Positions 43,252-55,955 of a stretch of 64,000 bases of DNA are shown piece by piece. The DNA is from the human T2T-CHM13v2.0 reference genome, Homo sapiens: assembly GCF_009914755.1 (NCBI RefSeq), contig NC_060932.1; one strand, 5' to 3'. The notes beneath the pieces were generated by a model. It did no database searches and was not told the origin of the DNA. It worked only from the letters and a program-made list of their open reading frames with translations. Both the position numbers and the translations under genes were made by a program. The first letter of the stretch is position 1. Every line of letters begins with the position of its first letter.

Positions 43252-43544
43252 ATTTTAACCATTTTTAAGTGAACAGTTCAGTGGCATGAAGTACACATCG
43301 CCACCATTCATCTCCAGAACATTTTCATCTTGCAAAATTGAAACTTTGTGCCCATTAAACTCCCCATTCCCGCTCCCTCCAGACACTGGCAACCATCATT
43401 CTATTTTCTGTCCTTGAATTTCACTATTCTAGGTACCTCATAGAAGTGGACTCACCCAGCATTTGTTCATTTGTAACTGGCTTATTCAGTTAGTATAATA
43501 TCTTCAAGGTTCATCCATTTTGTACAATGTGTTAGAATTTCCTT

Positions 43545-43863
43545 TCTTTCTTTCTTTTTTTTTTTTTTTTTTGAGACAGAGTGAAACTCTGTTGCCCAGG
43601 CTGGAATGCAATGGCGCAATCTCAGCTGACTGTAACCTCTGCCTCCCGAGTCCAAGCGATTCTTCTGCCCAGCCTCCCAAACAGCTGGGATAACAGGTGC
43701 ACATGACCATGCCCAGCTAATTTTTGTACATTTAGTAGAGACAAGGTTTCACCATGTTGGCCAGGCTGGTCTCGAACTACTGACCTCATCACCTGCCTCG
43801 TGGATCACCTGCCTTGTCCTCCCAAAGTGCTGGGATTACGGTTGTGAGCCACTGCACCTGGCC
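43545..43863 (-). mobile_element. AluS SINE with small internal duplication
   Basis: TSD ATTTCCTTTCTTT; ATCACCTGCCT occurs twice near 43788-43815. Confidence 0.93.
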
Positions 43864-45602
43864 AGATTTCCTTTCTTTTTAGGAATGAATATTATTCCAT
43901 CCTGTGTCACATTTTGCTTACTCCATTCATTTGTCAATGGACACATGGGTTACTTTCATCTTTTGGCTATGTGACTGATACTACTATAAACATGGACGTA
44001 CAAATACCTGTTTGTGTCCCTGCTTTCAGTTCATTTGGGTATATACCCAGAAGTGGCTTTCCTGGATCCTATGGAAATTCTATTTTTAATTTTTTGAGGA
44101 GCCAACATATTGTTTCTCATGGTGGGAATTTTAATTCTCACCACCAATGCACAACAGTCCAATTTTTCGTATCTTTGCCAATATTTCTTATTTTCTGTTT
44201 GTTGTATTTGTTTTTAATAATAGTCATCCTAATGAGTGGGAAATGCTATGAATCTTTCATTTTTATACCTAGAATGTATCTCAGCAGTTGTCTCATTTGA
44301 CTTACTCATTACACCTTAAGCAAACCTAGACTCAGATTCATGGGATTTACTCTAGGTTAAACGACTACTTAACATCTTTCCTGACCCCTGGTCCAGTGCT
44401 CCTCCCAACAAGCCAAAATGTCCCTATGGTCATACAAGTAGACACAAAGAGGAACAGGCCAGAAACTTTCTATTTTAACTTTATCTTTGCCTCCCTCTTG
44501 CTTTATAGCTAAACATTTTCTAATATCTCACTATAAAAAAGAGAGAAGAAAATTATAAGGCTATAGAGGCAACAACTATAAAAATGTTATAATATATAAA
44601 AAGCTCAAAAAGAAACATGAGCAAATATTATTTCCTCCACAAACTAATAAGTAAGGATGAATTAAAGAGTAGTTTACACTCTCTTGCTCAACAATAAATT
44701 ATAAGCAGCCAAAGTAGTTTTAATTTATTAGTATACTGTATGTTTAGGAACTCGATGAAGTAGTTTGGAGGGAATGGCTACATATAAAGGAGTGCTCAGC
44801 ATATTAGTGGGATGTGTATTGACTATTGCTTTGTCATTTTCTATTAATATGAAGAGATTTGGATTTGATTTTTAGAGTTCTCAAAATATTTGGGAATTCA
44901 GAGGTAATGTAGTCTGTGAATATTATAAAATGTGCCATTTCTGGCAGCCTAAAACCAGCTGCAGAAAAAGAATTGCTTGTCTAAACATCCAATCACAGAA
45001 TCTTTCCCTTTCACTGAAATTGATCACAACACAAAAATAACTTCCGCACATCCATGAATATATTAAAGTGGCATAAAGAAGAAATTCTGTTGCCTGCAAA
45101 GATTACACCTGCCTCAAAGTCATGATCACCGGAAAAAAAAACAAAACCAGTGAAATAAATCTAAGATATGGCTATTTCCTCCAGAGAATTGAAACAGCCT
45201 AAATAGAAGCAATGCTCCTTGAAGCAAAGGAAATTCTTATGTCACAAATCCTACTGCAAAACCCCCAGGCCCCCTTGTATTTTCCCATCACAAACATATC
45301 AAACATTTTTTTTTTTTTTTGCAGTTAGCTACATCCTTATCTAGACCATAAGCTCCAGGAAGGCAGGATTTATGGCTACTTCGTTTATTACTATCTCCCC
45401 AGCACTTTACTTGAGACTAGACATATAGGAAATAGTCAGTAAACACTTGTTGAATTTGTGAATAAATATTGAATATTAGCAAATATGTATGAACACAATT
45501 TAGAAACTTCTAATTTTTAAAAGCTTTGAAGTTTTATTTCTGCACAGGACACAAAGGGTTTTTTCTTACTAATTTCCTCATATCTATTTTTAAAATGATC
45601 AC

Positions 45603-45955
45603 TATCTTAATCCGTTCAGACTGCTATAACAGAATACTATAGACTGGATGGCTTATAAACAACAGAAATGTATTTTTCATGGTTCTAGATGCTGGAGAGT
45701 TCAAGATCAACGCACCTGCAGATTTGATGTCTGGTGAGGGCTGCTTCCTGATTCATAGATGACTGTCTTTTCACAATGTATTCACATATGCAAGGGATGA
45801 GGAAGCTCTCTGGGGTCCCTTTATAAGGGTGCTAATTCCATTCATCATGGCTCTGCTCTCAGGACCTAATCACTTCTCAGTGGTGTTACCTTCATATACC
45901 ATCACTTTTTGTGTTAAGTGTCAACATATGACTTTTGGACAACACAAACAATCCT
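45603..45955 (-). mobile_element. MLT1A/MST-like MaLR LTR
   Basis: tcttaatccgttcagactgctataacagaatac...gatgtctggtgagggc. Confidence 0.85.
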
Positions 45956-46408
45956 ATTTTATCTCCTGCTTTGGAGAAGAGCATTGTTTAGCAGAGGTCA
46001 CCTTGAATAAAAACAACTGATACTTCTCAACTCTTAGTGTCTGCCTGGCATTGTGCTAATAAACATTTCCTGGATATCTAATTTAATCCTTATAGCAATC
46101 CTGTGAGGCAGATGCTATTGTAATTCCTATGCCACATATGAGAAAAACGTGGCTTGAAGAGCTTAAATATCTACCCAAAGTCATTATGCCACTAAGAAGT
46201 GGAATTCAGTCACCTGTGGTGTTAATTTTGGTTCCTACTGGTAATGGATTCATCAGATGTTCACCAGCAGATAGTCCCAGAGTGCTGTCTCTGAGGATTC
46301 CAATGGAGAAAAATGTTATAGCCACTACTCTGAAAACACAGAGTGTACACTAGACAAAGAAGAGCAAGGGCAGAAATCACAGTGTGTTCACACAACAGCA
46401 TTCCATGC

Positions 46409-46478
46409 AATTGACTCATAGTTTTGCATGGCAGGGGAGGCCTCATGAAACTTACAATCATGGTGGAAGGGGGTAAGA
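46409..46478 (-). mobile_element. 70-bp THE1 LTR fragment, inverted relative to the adjacent LTR
   Basis: Reverse complement aligns to 46764-46839. Confidence 0.8.
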
Positions 46479-46532
46479 CCTCCAGAAGCCTCACTCATTT
46501 GGATTTCACCTATGGTAGAAACAAATCCCCTG

Positions 46533-46910
46533 TGATATGGTTTGACTCTGAGTCCCCACCTGAATCTCGTCTTGAATTGTTATTGTCATAATCCCCACAC
46601 GTTGAGGGAGGGATGAGGTGGGAGGTGATTGGATCATGGGGGCTTTTTCTCCCATGCTGTTCTCATGATAGTGAGTGAGTTCTCATGAGATCTGATGGTT
46701 TTATAAGGCAGTTTTCCCTGCTCTTGATCATTCTCTCTCACCTGTTGCCATGTAAGACATGCCTCTTCCCCTTCCACCATGATTCCATGATTGTAAGTTT
46801 CATTAGGTCTCCCCTGCCACATGGAACTGTGAGTCAATTAAACTTCTTTTCTTTATAAATTACCCAGTCTTGGGTATGTCTTTATAGCAGTGTGAAAATG
46901 AACTAATACA
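46533..46910 (+). mobile_element. THE1C/D-like solo LTR with perfect 5-bp TSD
   Basis: CCCTG|TGATATGGTTTG...AACTAATACA|CCCTG. Confidence 0.93.
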
Positions 46911-47728
46911 CCCTGTCTAGAACAATTAACAGTCCAAACTAAGTGATGACCAAGCAATGCAGAAAAGAACTGTTAAAATGTTTAAGTACTCAATTGTTTA
47001 TTCTAGAATGGCCCTTTCTTTTATCCTTCAGCTATCTAGACCTGAGAGCTTATTAATGTTCTAAAACTTAATTTAAATGCTACCTGTCCTCTGAAACGTA
47101 CTCCCAGTCCCAAATAAATCTTTCCTTCCTCAGTGCATCCATTCTGTTATACCTTTGTCTATTTAGGCGTTTAATTGGAGTAATGTAATTCAAAGAGTTT
47201 AACATCAAGAGCAGTTACATTTTAAAATAAGTAGGTAAATTATCTGGAAAATTCACTCATTCCAGAACACTATATCTATTTTAGGAAATAGTCAATTAAA
47301 CATCGTATTCAACCAACAACCAGCCATATAGGGCTCAATAATTGCTGTGATTAGGGAATATTTCTTGTTGAAATGAGCAAAATTTGGTTGAAACATAATG
47401 ATTAAGAAACTAAATGAGCCACAGAAAATCCACTTGAAAGTTCTATTCACTTAAGGTATAAATACAAATATATATAAACTTTTAATTAGCTATTTACTTT
47501 AGTATATGGTTCACTTTTTTGCTTATATAGGCTAAAATAAAGTAGCCTTTTACTTGAATACTGGCTTTTGGTTGTGATAACAATTCAGTTTCAAATGCTG
47601 AAGGCAAGTCTTAGTTTAATATCTTAGAGAAAGAGGAGAGAGGATGAGAGGGACTTCCTGGGGATGTTTCTTTGTTTCTCTGCTAACTAAATTTTTAAGA
47701 AGATTTGACTTAGAAGGAGTGGGTATGT

Positions 47729-47850
47729 CTGGGCACAATGGCTCCCACCTGTAATCCCAGCACTTTCGGAGGCTGAGGCGGGAGGATCACTTGAGCCCAT
47801 GAGTTTGAAACCAGCCTAGGCAACAAAGTGAGACCCTGTCTCCACTATAC

Positions 47851-47889
<39 letters not shown>

Positions 47890-47917
47890 TATATATATAT
47901 ATGTGTACATATATGTG

Positions 47918-47972
<55 letters not shown>

Positions 47973-48151
47973 TTATATATATATAGCGGCCATGGTGGTG
48001 CGCACTGTGGTCCCAGCTACATGGGAGGCTGAGGCAGGAGGATTGCCTGAGCCCAGGAGGTCCTGGCTGCAGTAAGCTATGTTTGCAACACTGCACTCCA
48101 ACCTGGGTGACAGAGCGAGACCTGGTCTCAAAAAATAAAAGTAAAAATAAA
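47729..48151 (+). mobile_element. AluJ with linker expanded into a microsatellite
   Basis: Left arm to ~47845, right arm from ~47986; cacttgagccc and gctgcagtaagctatg diagnostics. Confidence 0.92.
47846..47985. repeat. (TA)n(CA)n(TA)n(TG)n(TA)n compound microsatellite
   Basis: Direct read, ~140 bp of almost pure alternating purine-pyrimidine. Confidence 0.95.
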
Positions 48152-49166
48152 AGGAAGGCAGGGTTCAATAAATAATCATTTGTACCGAATCAGCTAGGGT
48201 GATCATTCATACTAGGGGAATACTTGTATAAAGAGAACAGGGAGGATTTATTCATAGTTTGAGATACTAAGTTTTACCTCTGGTAAAAGCTGCCATCACC
48301 CTTTCTGCTTGCCTGTAGATCAAGTACATGGCAGAAATCCATGTTGTTGGAAGACTTGCAGCTGAGATGAGAAACCAGATGATGCTTTCTATTATGAGTC
48401 TATTCTAAGTAGTCCCATTTCTATGTATCAAATGAATAAATTTTGTTCTTGCCCCCCACCTCTATATGAATATTCTGTGTGGGCAGCTAGCTATGCTTTC
48501 TATTCTTAGGCAGAAATATGTGGCTCTCGGGCCTAAACTATTATAACATTTAAAAACCAAATTTGAATTCAGTACATTCAAGCCTCTTAGATCCATAGGG
48601 ACTTTAGAGACATTAAACCTTAAGGCCTCCTGATAGAGATTATTTTGTAAATTTAGCTCTTAATTGGCCATATATATTGATGGAAAGCCACAAAGCAAAA
48701 GTGCATGATGATTTCATTTATTCTCTGTGTCTTCCTGAGAGAGGATTCAGTAACTCTTGCATTTGCAAAAGATAAAATAGATAGCTTTTCTGATGGATGG
48801 AGGTGGCTGAAGACTATATTTATCCTTAGATTTTCAGATATGAAATTCATTTGAAATGCAGTTAAGTTCATTTGTATGAATATTTCATTTCTCTTAACAA
48901 TAGTGACATTGGTGGGTTCTCAGTTTACTTAAATCCACATGTTTTCTCTCAGCCCAAGTGTGGTCATAGTGGTCGATGATTTCAACTTGTCTCTCCAAAT
49001 AAATAATATCATCCTGGATAACAAAGACTGTTTTATTCTCCTTCTCTTTTATTCCCCTCACACTGATCAGAGTGCTGGGTGTGCAGTAGGATTTTATAAG
49101 TATTTGCCAGCATCTTAGGAAAGAAAATTTTTCTAAACCAAAGAGAGAAAAAAAATTGTAGGCATA

Positions 49167-49686
<520 letters not shown>

Positions 49687-50169
49687 TGCAATTTTATTCT
49701 TATATAATTTGTATTCCAGTATTAGATTTTAAAAATCACCAAAACATTATATAATACTAAGAGCAAAATGTGTATAATCTATACATCCACCTCCACCACC
49801 CCTACCATAAACTTCACTTCTTGCCTCCAGTTTTCTTAAGATTCGGCTCAAGTAGCATCGCTTCCAGGAGGCCTTCATAGTGCCTCCGCATTGGATATCT
49901 TATGCTAAAAATACTTTCTTACCCATTACCTTAAGCTCCCTGATGGCCAAGTGAATATCCCATTTATCATTGTTTCCAAAAACCTAGCAAAATGCCTAGC
50001 ATGTAGTAAACATTCAATTTAAAATGTTAAACCTAAATGCCAGTCATTTATATATGAGTTTTCATTATCCTGGAATTTTTTTTCTCTTTTTCATCATCTC
50101 TGTAACATCCAAGTCCCAGGATTTGAGTTACCATGGGTTGCTGGAGACCCTTACCATAACATCCTCTAT

Positions 50170-51500
50170 GCCTGTGGTTCTCAAACTTAACATTAGAGTC
50201 ACCTGGAGAATTTGAAAATAGATGGATGCTTGTAATAAGACATATCAACATCATGTGCCCCGGATGTGATATACAGAGAGGGGCCACAACGTGGCTTCTG
50301 CAGTATCCTTCTCAAAAGTGCATAACCCAGTTTAATCCTGAGAAAACATCAGACAGATGTAATTCAAGGACACTTACAAAATAGCCAGCACTCCTCCAAA
50401 TGGTTATTGTTTTTTTCCGCAAGGGATTTTTCAAGGGTGAAATGATTCATTTTATGTTATATCAATTTCACCTCCATTTTCAGGATCTAATGCAGGATCC
50501 TGGATTGGACCCTGAACTAGAAAATGGACATTACTATGAAAACTGGTAATATTCAAATAAGACCGGTAGATTAGTTAAAATATTCTGTCACATGTCCTAA
50601 TTTCGATAATTGCACTATGGTTAGGTAACACAATTTTAGAGGAATCTGGGTGAAGTGTATATGGTGACTCTTAATGCCATTATTGCAACTTTACTGTAAT
50701 CTACAATTATTTTTAAATAGAAACTTAAGCATTTTTACAAAGTGACTTATGTCACCCCCAGATGTGAAACCTGGGCATTGGGACTTTTAAAAATCCCCAC
50801 AAATTATATGAGAACCAGTGCTCTAAGCCAATGTTAGTTGACCTTGGTTGTCCATTAGAATCAGCAGGGAAGATTTTTTAATATCTTAATGCTCATTCTT
50901 AACCCCAGATTAAAGCAGAATGTCCAAGAGTAGGACCAAGGAATTGATATTTTTATTTATTTTAAACTTTGTGAAAAAATGTTATTGTATATATTTAAAG
51001 TATACAACAGGATATCTATATAGTAAAATGGTTATTATAATAAAACAAATTAATGTATTAATCATCTCACAGTTACCAGTTTTAGTCCCTGTGGCATTAG
51101 CAGTTGTAATGTACTCATTTAGCAAAAATCCTGAATACAATACATTAACTATAGTCCTCATGTTGTACGTTAGATCCTTCGATGTCTCCATTCTACATAT
51201 GCTATTTTGTGTTATTTGATCTACATCTCCCCATTTCTCCCTCTGCCCTTACCCTTGGAAACCACTGTTTTATATTTTTTAAAAGCTCTTCAGGTAATTC
51301 CATGCAAGTCATGGGTGAGAACTGCTGCTGCAAGCTAAGGTTCCCAAATGTGCATGATAATAAGTATATTGTGGAATGGTCCAGGACCATGAGCATTTTA
51401 ATGTAGAGGCTCCCACTAAAAATCTACTGAATCAATATTCAGGGAGGATAGTATTTTAACATTCACTCAAGATGAGTTTTATTATCAGAAAAGTTTGGGA
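50170..51500. mobile_element. Nested cluster of MER5 fossils with L1MC/MD (+, ~50240-50735) and L1MA (-, ~50950-51270) 3' fragments
   Basis: gtggttctcaaactt...gagtcacctgg and gagaaccagtg (MER5); ggatcctggattggaccctg (L1MC/D); actatagtcctcatgttgtacgttagatc (L1MA). Confidence 0.7.
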
Positions 51501-51861
51501 AGTATTATATGCTGTCTAGAAATTCTAGGTGTGGTCCAGCTTCTGATAGTGAAGTTTAAGGCCCTACTAAGAGATCTTTCACACAGCTGGTAGTAGCAGG
51601 AAAATGAAGAGTCTATAGATGAGAAATCCCCAATTCCAATGGAATATAAGTAATTGTGGCCATTATTTATTCACTAATGATTTTCTAAGCGCTTTCTGTG
51701 CTCATTACTAAAGACAGAGTAGTAGACAATTAAGTCCCTGACCTATAGAACTTGCATTCCAGTGGTAGAGGGATAGAATGATAAATAAGTATAAATGAAT
51801 ATGATAAATAATTTATAAATGAATATGATAGTTTCAGATAAATTACTATTAAAAAATAATT

Positions 51862-51990
51862 TTAAAACGGCCCAAATATCCATAAACAGATGAACAGACA
51901 AATTATAGTGTGTGTGTATATGTATATGTGTATGTGTGTGTGTATATATATATGTGTGTGTCTGTGTATATGTGTGTAGACATACGTATA

Positions 51991-52022
<32 letters not shown>

Positions 52023-52400
52023 CACAATGGAATATTATTAAACTATAAAAAGAAATGAAGTACTGATAGATGCTATGATGTAAATAAAACTTGAAAAAAC
52101 TTAGTTAAATGAAGTAAGACAGAAACAGGTCACATATTGTATGAATCAATTTATATGAAATATTCAGAAAAGATCAATCTGTGGAGACAGAATGCATATT
52201 GATGGTTGCCAGGGCCTGGGGTAGCCAAAATGAGGAGCAACTGCTTAATGGATATGATACTTCCTTTTTGGTGATGAAAATATTTTGGAACTGGATAGAG
52301 GTGGTGGTTGCACAATGTTACAAATGCACTAAATTCCACTGAAGTGTCCACTTTACAATAATTTTATGTTATGCACATTTTGCCTTACTAATAATAATTT
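51862..52400 (+). mobile_element. L1MB 3' fragment with internal (TG)/(TA) microsatellite (51909-52024)
   Basis: cccaaatatccat...acaatggaatatt...aatgaagtactgata...ggttgccagggcctgggg...ggttgcacaa. Confidence 0.85.
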
Positions 52401-54319
52401 TTAAAAGTTCCTTATGATGTCATCAGAGAGAGATGTGGGACAGTAAGTGGGTACTTGAGATTGGGCCATCAAGGAAAGCATCTCCAAGGAAATTGCTTTT
52501 AATTTAAGACCTAAATGATAAGAAGCCAGTCATGTAAACATCAAGAAGTAGAGAATCCCAAATGAATCCTGCCTCTGCCTTTATTGTGTGTGTGTGAGCT
52601 GGGTGGAATACTTAATATCTCTCAGCCTCATTTGCTTCATCTGGGAAACAGGATTATAGAAAGATCTAATTCACAAATTGTTCTAATTAAATGAGATCAT
52701 GCACAGAAAGATGAGCTTAGTAGGAAGTCATATGTCCTTAAGAATCAAAAGGCAAAAAAGGAATTGAAAACTCACTCCAGCAAAAGCTGATCAGAAGCCC
52801 CTTGTTATGCAAGATGACCAGCTAATGCCAAGTCTGTTTTACATAATCTTTCCTCACTGATTATGTAATGATTCTGCTGGTGTTGCTTCACAGTCACTTT
52901 TCTGTGTATATGTTTCACCACTAAATGTTCTTTCTAACTCACTGTGTTTCCTAACAGCTAGTCTGAGCTTTCCTCCCATAGCTTTGAGCCGTGGCTTCTT
53001 GCTCTCATCATCCAAGACTGAGCAATTCCCTTCCCTCATTAATTTTGTAACCTTGAAGATATTTACGCAGTTTGAACAAATACTCACCTGCAGTTTTCTT
53101 TTTTCCCCAAACTCTTATATGAATCTAATTCTTTCTTTTTCTTCTCACACATAATATACAAACTCAAATTCCTTTCTCCCTTTGTGTTTGCTCTAATTGT
53201 GGTTAATAAAACATTTCCTACATTGAGCCCTTCCAATTAATTAAGATTATTTTCCTGTTCTAATTGAGGAAATATACCTGAAAAGCTGATCAACAGGATT
53301 TAAAGACATCTTTCCACTTTATTGGTACTTAAAACCATTTTCATTTCTTGCTATTCTTTTTAAGGTAAGCTGAAGCATAGGAAATAATTCCATACATAGC
53401 TGTAAGGTAATGTTCAGGTTAAAATGAAATTTTAATTATGTAAATCATATAGTTTGGGGTTATGTTATTCATAGAGTTCTAGACTAAAGTTTTTCCTCAA
53501 TAATGTTGGTGATTGACAGGCAACTCAGGTGAGTAGCATTTCCTAAGCTTGTATATCTGAGCTACAAAATTCTATACCCATAAATTAGCAGAAAGCATGG
53601 TAAAACTACTGTTTTTTAGAATTCTACTTTTTTTTTTTTAAATTAGGAATAACTTTACTGCAAGGCAACTCAATTTTTTTTTCCTAGATTCCACATGTTG
53701 AATTCATCACATAGGATACTCTGGCAACAAAAAGGAATATTGGGACTTAGCATTTATTCGCTCTCTCTGCAGGCACCTAATGATGAATTTAGCTAAAATG
53801 CTGCAAGAACAAGCCCTTACAGTTGTACATAAAATCTGCTGTCCTATGCAGGGTTAAAGGCCACACATGTTGGTAACAGAATTTTTCTCTCAGAAGTGGG
53901 TTCTTTGTTGAGACTTGCCTTGTTCCTTTCGTTTTTATTTTTAAGAAGAGACTTCCATCTCAATAAAGAAGGAAAAATCAATAAGTGATAATTTAAACAT
54001 AACTCAGAAACTGAATTGAAAACTGAAGATATATGAGCAAAGCAAAGTATATTACATTTTACTGTGATTGTTAATCTCTATGATTTGAAGTCAGACTGGC
54101 TTTGAACTTCCGCTTTACCACTGAGTAGATTTTTTTAACTTGGAAGAAGTCATTTTATCTCTCTAAACTTCCATTTCACCATGTACAGAGTGGGCGTAAC
54201 AATCATGGCTTCACAGAGTTACTGTGAGAATCACATGAGTAATGAACTCCTAATTCTAGGACATATGCATAGGAAAAGCTTCCCTCTTGAAGAGGCTACT
54301 CTGGGGAGTAAAAGCACAT

Positions 54320-54420
54320 AGCCTTTTCGTATTGCTATGTACCAAAGCAGCCCAAAAGCCAGCAGCTTAAAACAACAACCATTTATCAAACTCAGAATTC
54401 TATGAGCTGGCAATTCCAAA
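54320..54420 (-). mobile_element. MLT1 LTR fragment
   Basis: attgctatgta...gcttaaaacaacaaccatttat...ctcagaattctatg. Confidence 0.6.
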
Positions 54421-55049
54421 GCCACTGCCCTGGTACAGAGTCACCACCCTGGATTCCCCCTGCCAGGTGATTGACAGTCCTCTAGTTCCTAGATAATCAG
54501 GTGGCCTGGTAGGCCAAATGGAGGATCCGGGACAGCAAGGGAGAGGGCCATTGGAAGGCTAAGGCAGCAGCTATATATTAGCCAGTACAAAGTATTCTGA
54601 TACACAATGGTTAAATGTTGGCTATGTTAGCCCTGTCCCATTCATATTACAATCCTTTTCCTGTCCAGGTTGCCCCAAGCATCTTGATATCTTATTAATA
54701 TACCCATAAAATAGCAGAAATCACAGTAAAACTACTGTTTTGTGGAATTCTACTTTTTTTATTAGGAACAACCTTATTGCAAGACAACCGAAAATCTTTT
54801 CCAAAATCATAAGATGATGAATTCAACAAGTGAGATGAATCACATAGGATGTGAGGGCCCAATTAGCATTGGTATTCCCTATATCTTCACAACAAGTATA
54901 CTGCTTATATCCATGTGTCTGTCCATCCCTCCTACCCTAAATGCCAATAAACCCACATCAAGAACAAGCACACATTATATACATACTTCTTGGAAATAGG
55001 GCAACAATTCTTAGGAGAAAAGGTGGTAGTGATGGTGTCTTTTCCTGAG

Positions 55050-55955
55050 AATTTTCCAAATCTTTAAGTTGGCTTCCCTTTTGATTATAAATTTCACCTT
55101 TAATTCATTTTTATTTTCTTGCATTTTTCTATAATCAGTGAAGAGAAACCATGCCACGCTCTCAACACTTTACTTAGATATTTATTCTCTGAAATACCCC
55201 ATTTAATCACTCAGAAGTTCTATCCTCCACAAAACACTGGGACACGAACACAATTCAGCCAGGTTCTTTGTCACTTTATAACAAGGATGGACTTTCCTCC
55301 AGCTTCCAGTAGCATGTTCCTCATTTCCATCTGAGATTTCATCAGAATGGCATGTACTGTCCATATTTCTAACAACATTCTGATCACAGTCACACAGGTA
55401 ATCTCTAAGAAGATTGAGGCTTTCTCTACAGCTCTCCTCTTCTTCTAAGCCCTCAACAAAATCATCCTTACAACTATTTTCCTGGTAATGTACATAAAAA
55501 TCTCTTCCAGCCTTTATCCATTAGTCAGTTCCAAAGTTGCTTCCATATTTTTAGGTATTTGTTACAGTATCTCCCCACTTCTTGGTACCAATTTCTGTCT
55601 TAATCCACTTGGACTGCTACAACATAATATCATAGAAAATAAAAAACAATACTGTAAAACCATAGACTATAAGACAAATTTATTTCTTACAGTACTAGAG
55701 GCTGAGAAGTCCAAGATCATAGCACCAGCAGACTTGATATCTGGTGAGGGTTTTGACCCATAGATGGTGTGGGTCCTTTTTGCTGTATCCTCACATGGCA
55801 AAAAGGCTAGCTGGCTCCCTCACCTCTTTTATGAGGGTCTTAATCCCATTTATGGGGCAGAACCTCATGACCTAGTCAACTCCCAAATGTTCTACCTCTT
55901 AGCACCAACACACTGCAGATTCGATTTCAACATAGGAGTTTTGATGGGGCACAGA
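55050..55955 (-). mobile_element. MaLR internal segment (~55050-55595) joined to MLT1A/MST-like LTR (~55596-55955)
   Basis: Typical junction ttggtaccaatttc|TGTCTTAATCC; gttcctcatttccatctgag; gaggctgagaagtccaagatca. Confidence 0.8.

Larger units (their letters stand above)
42465..44250 (-). mobile_element. L1MB 3' fragment hosting three later insertions
   Basis: aattgtggtaaa | cataacatgaaatttactattttaacc | atttttaagtgaacagttcagtggca...tatatacccagaagtgg; L1MB text resumes across each insertion. Confidence 0.85.

Noticed and set aside
51270-51300. Second AG|GT motif (ctcttCAG|GTAATT)
   Set aside because: Short pyrimidine tract with an upstream AG, weak donor, at a junction of TE fossils.
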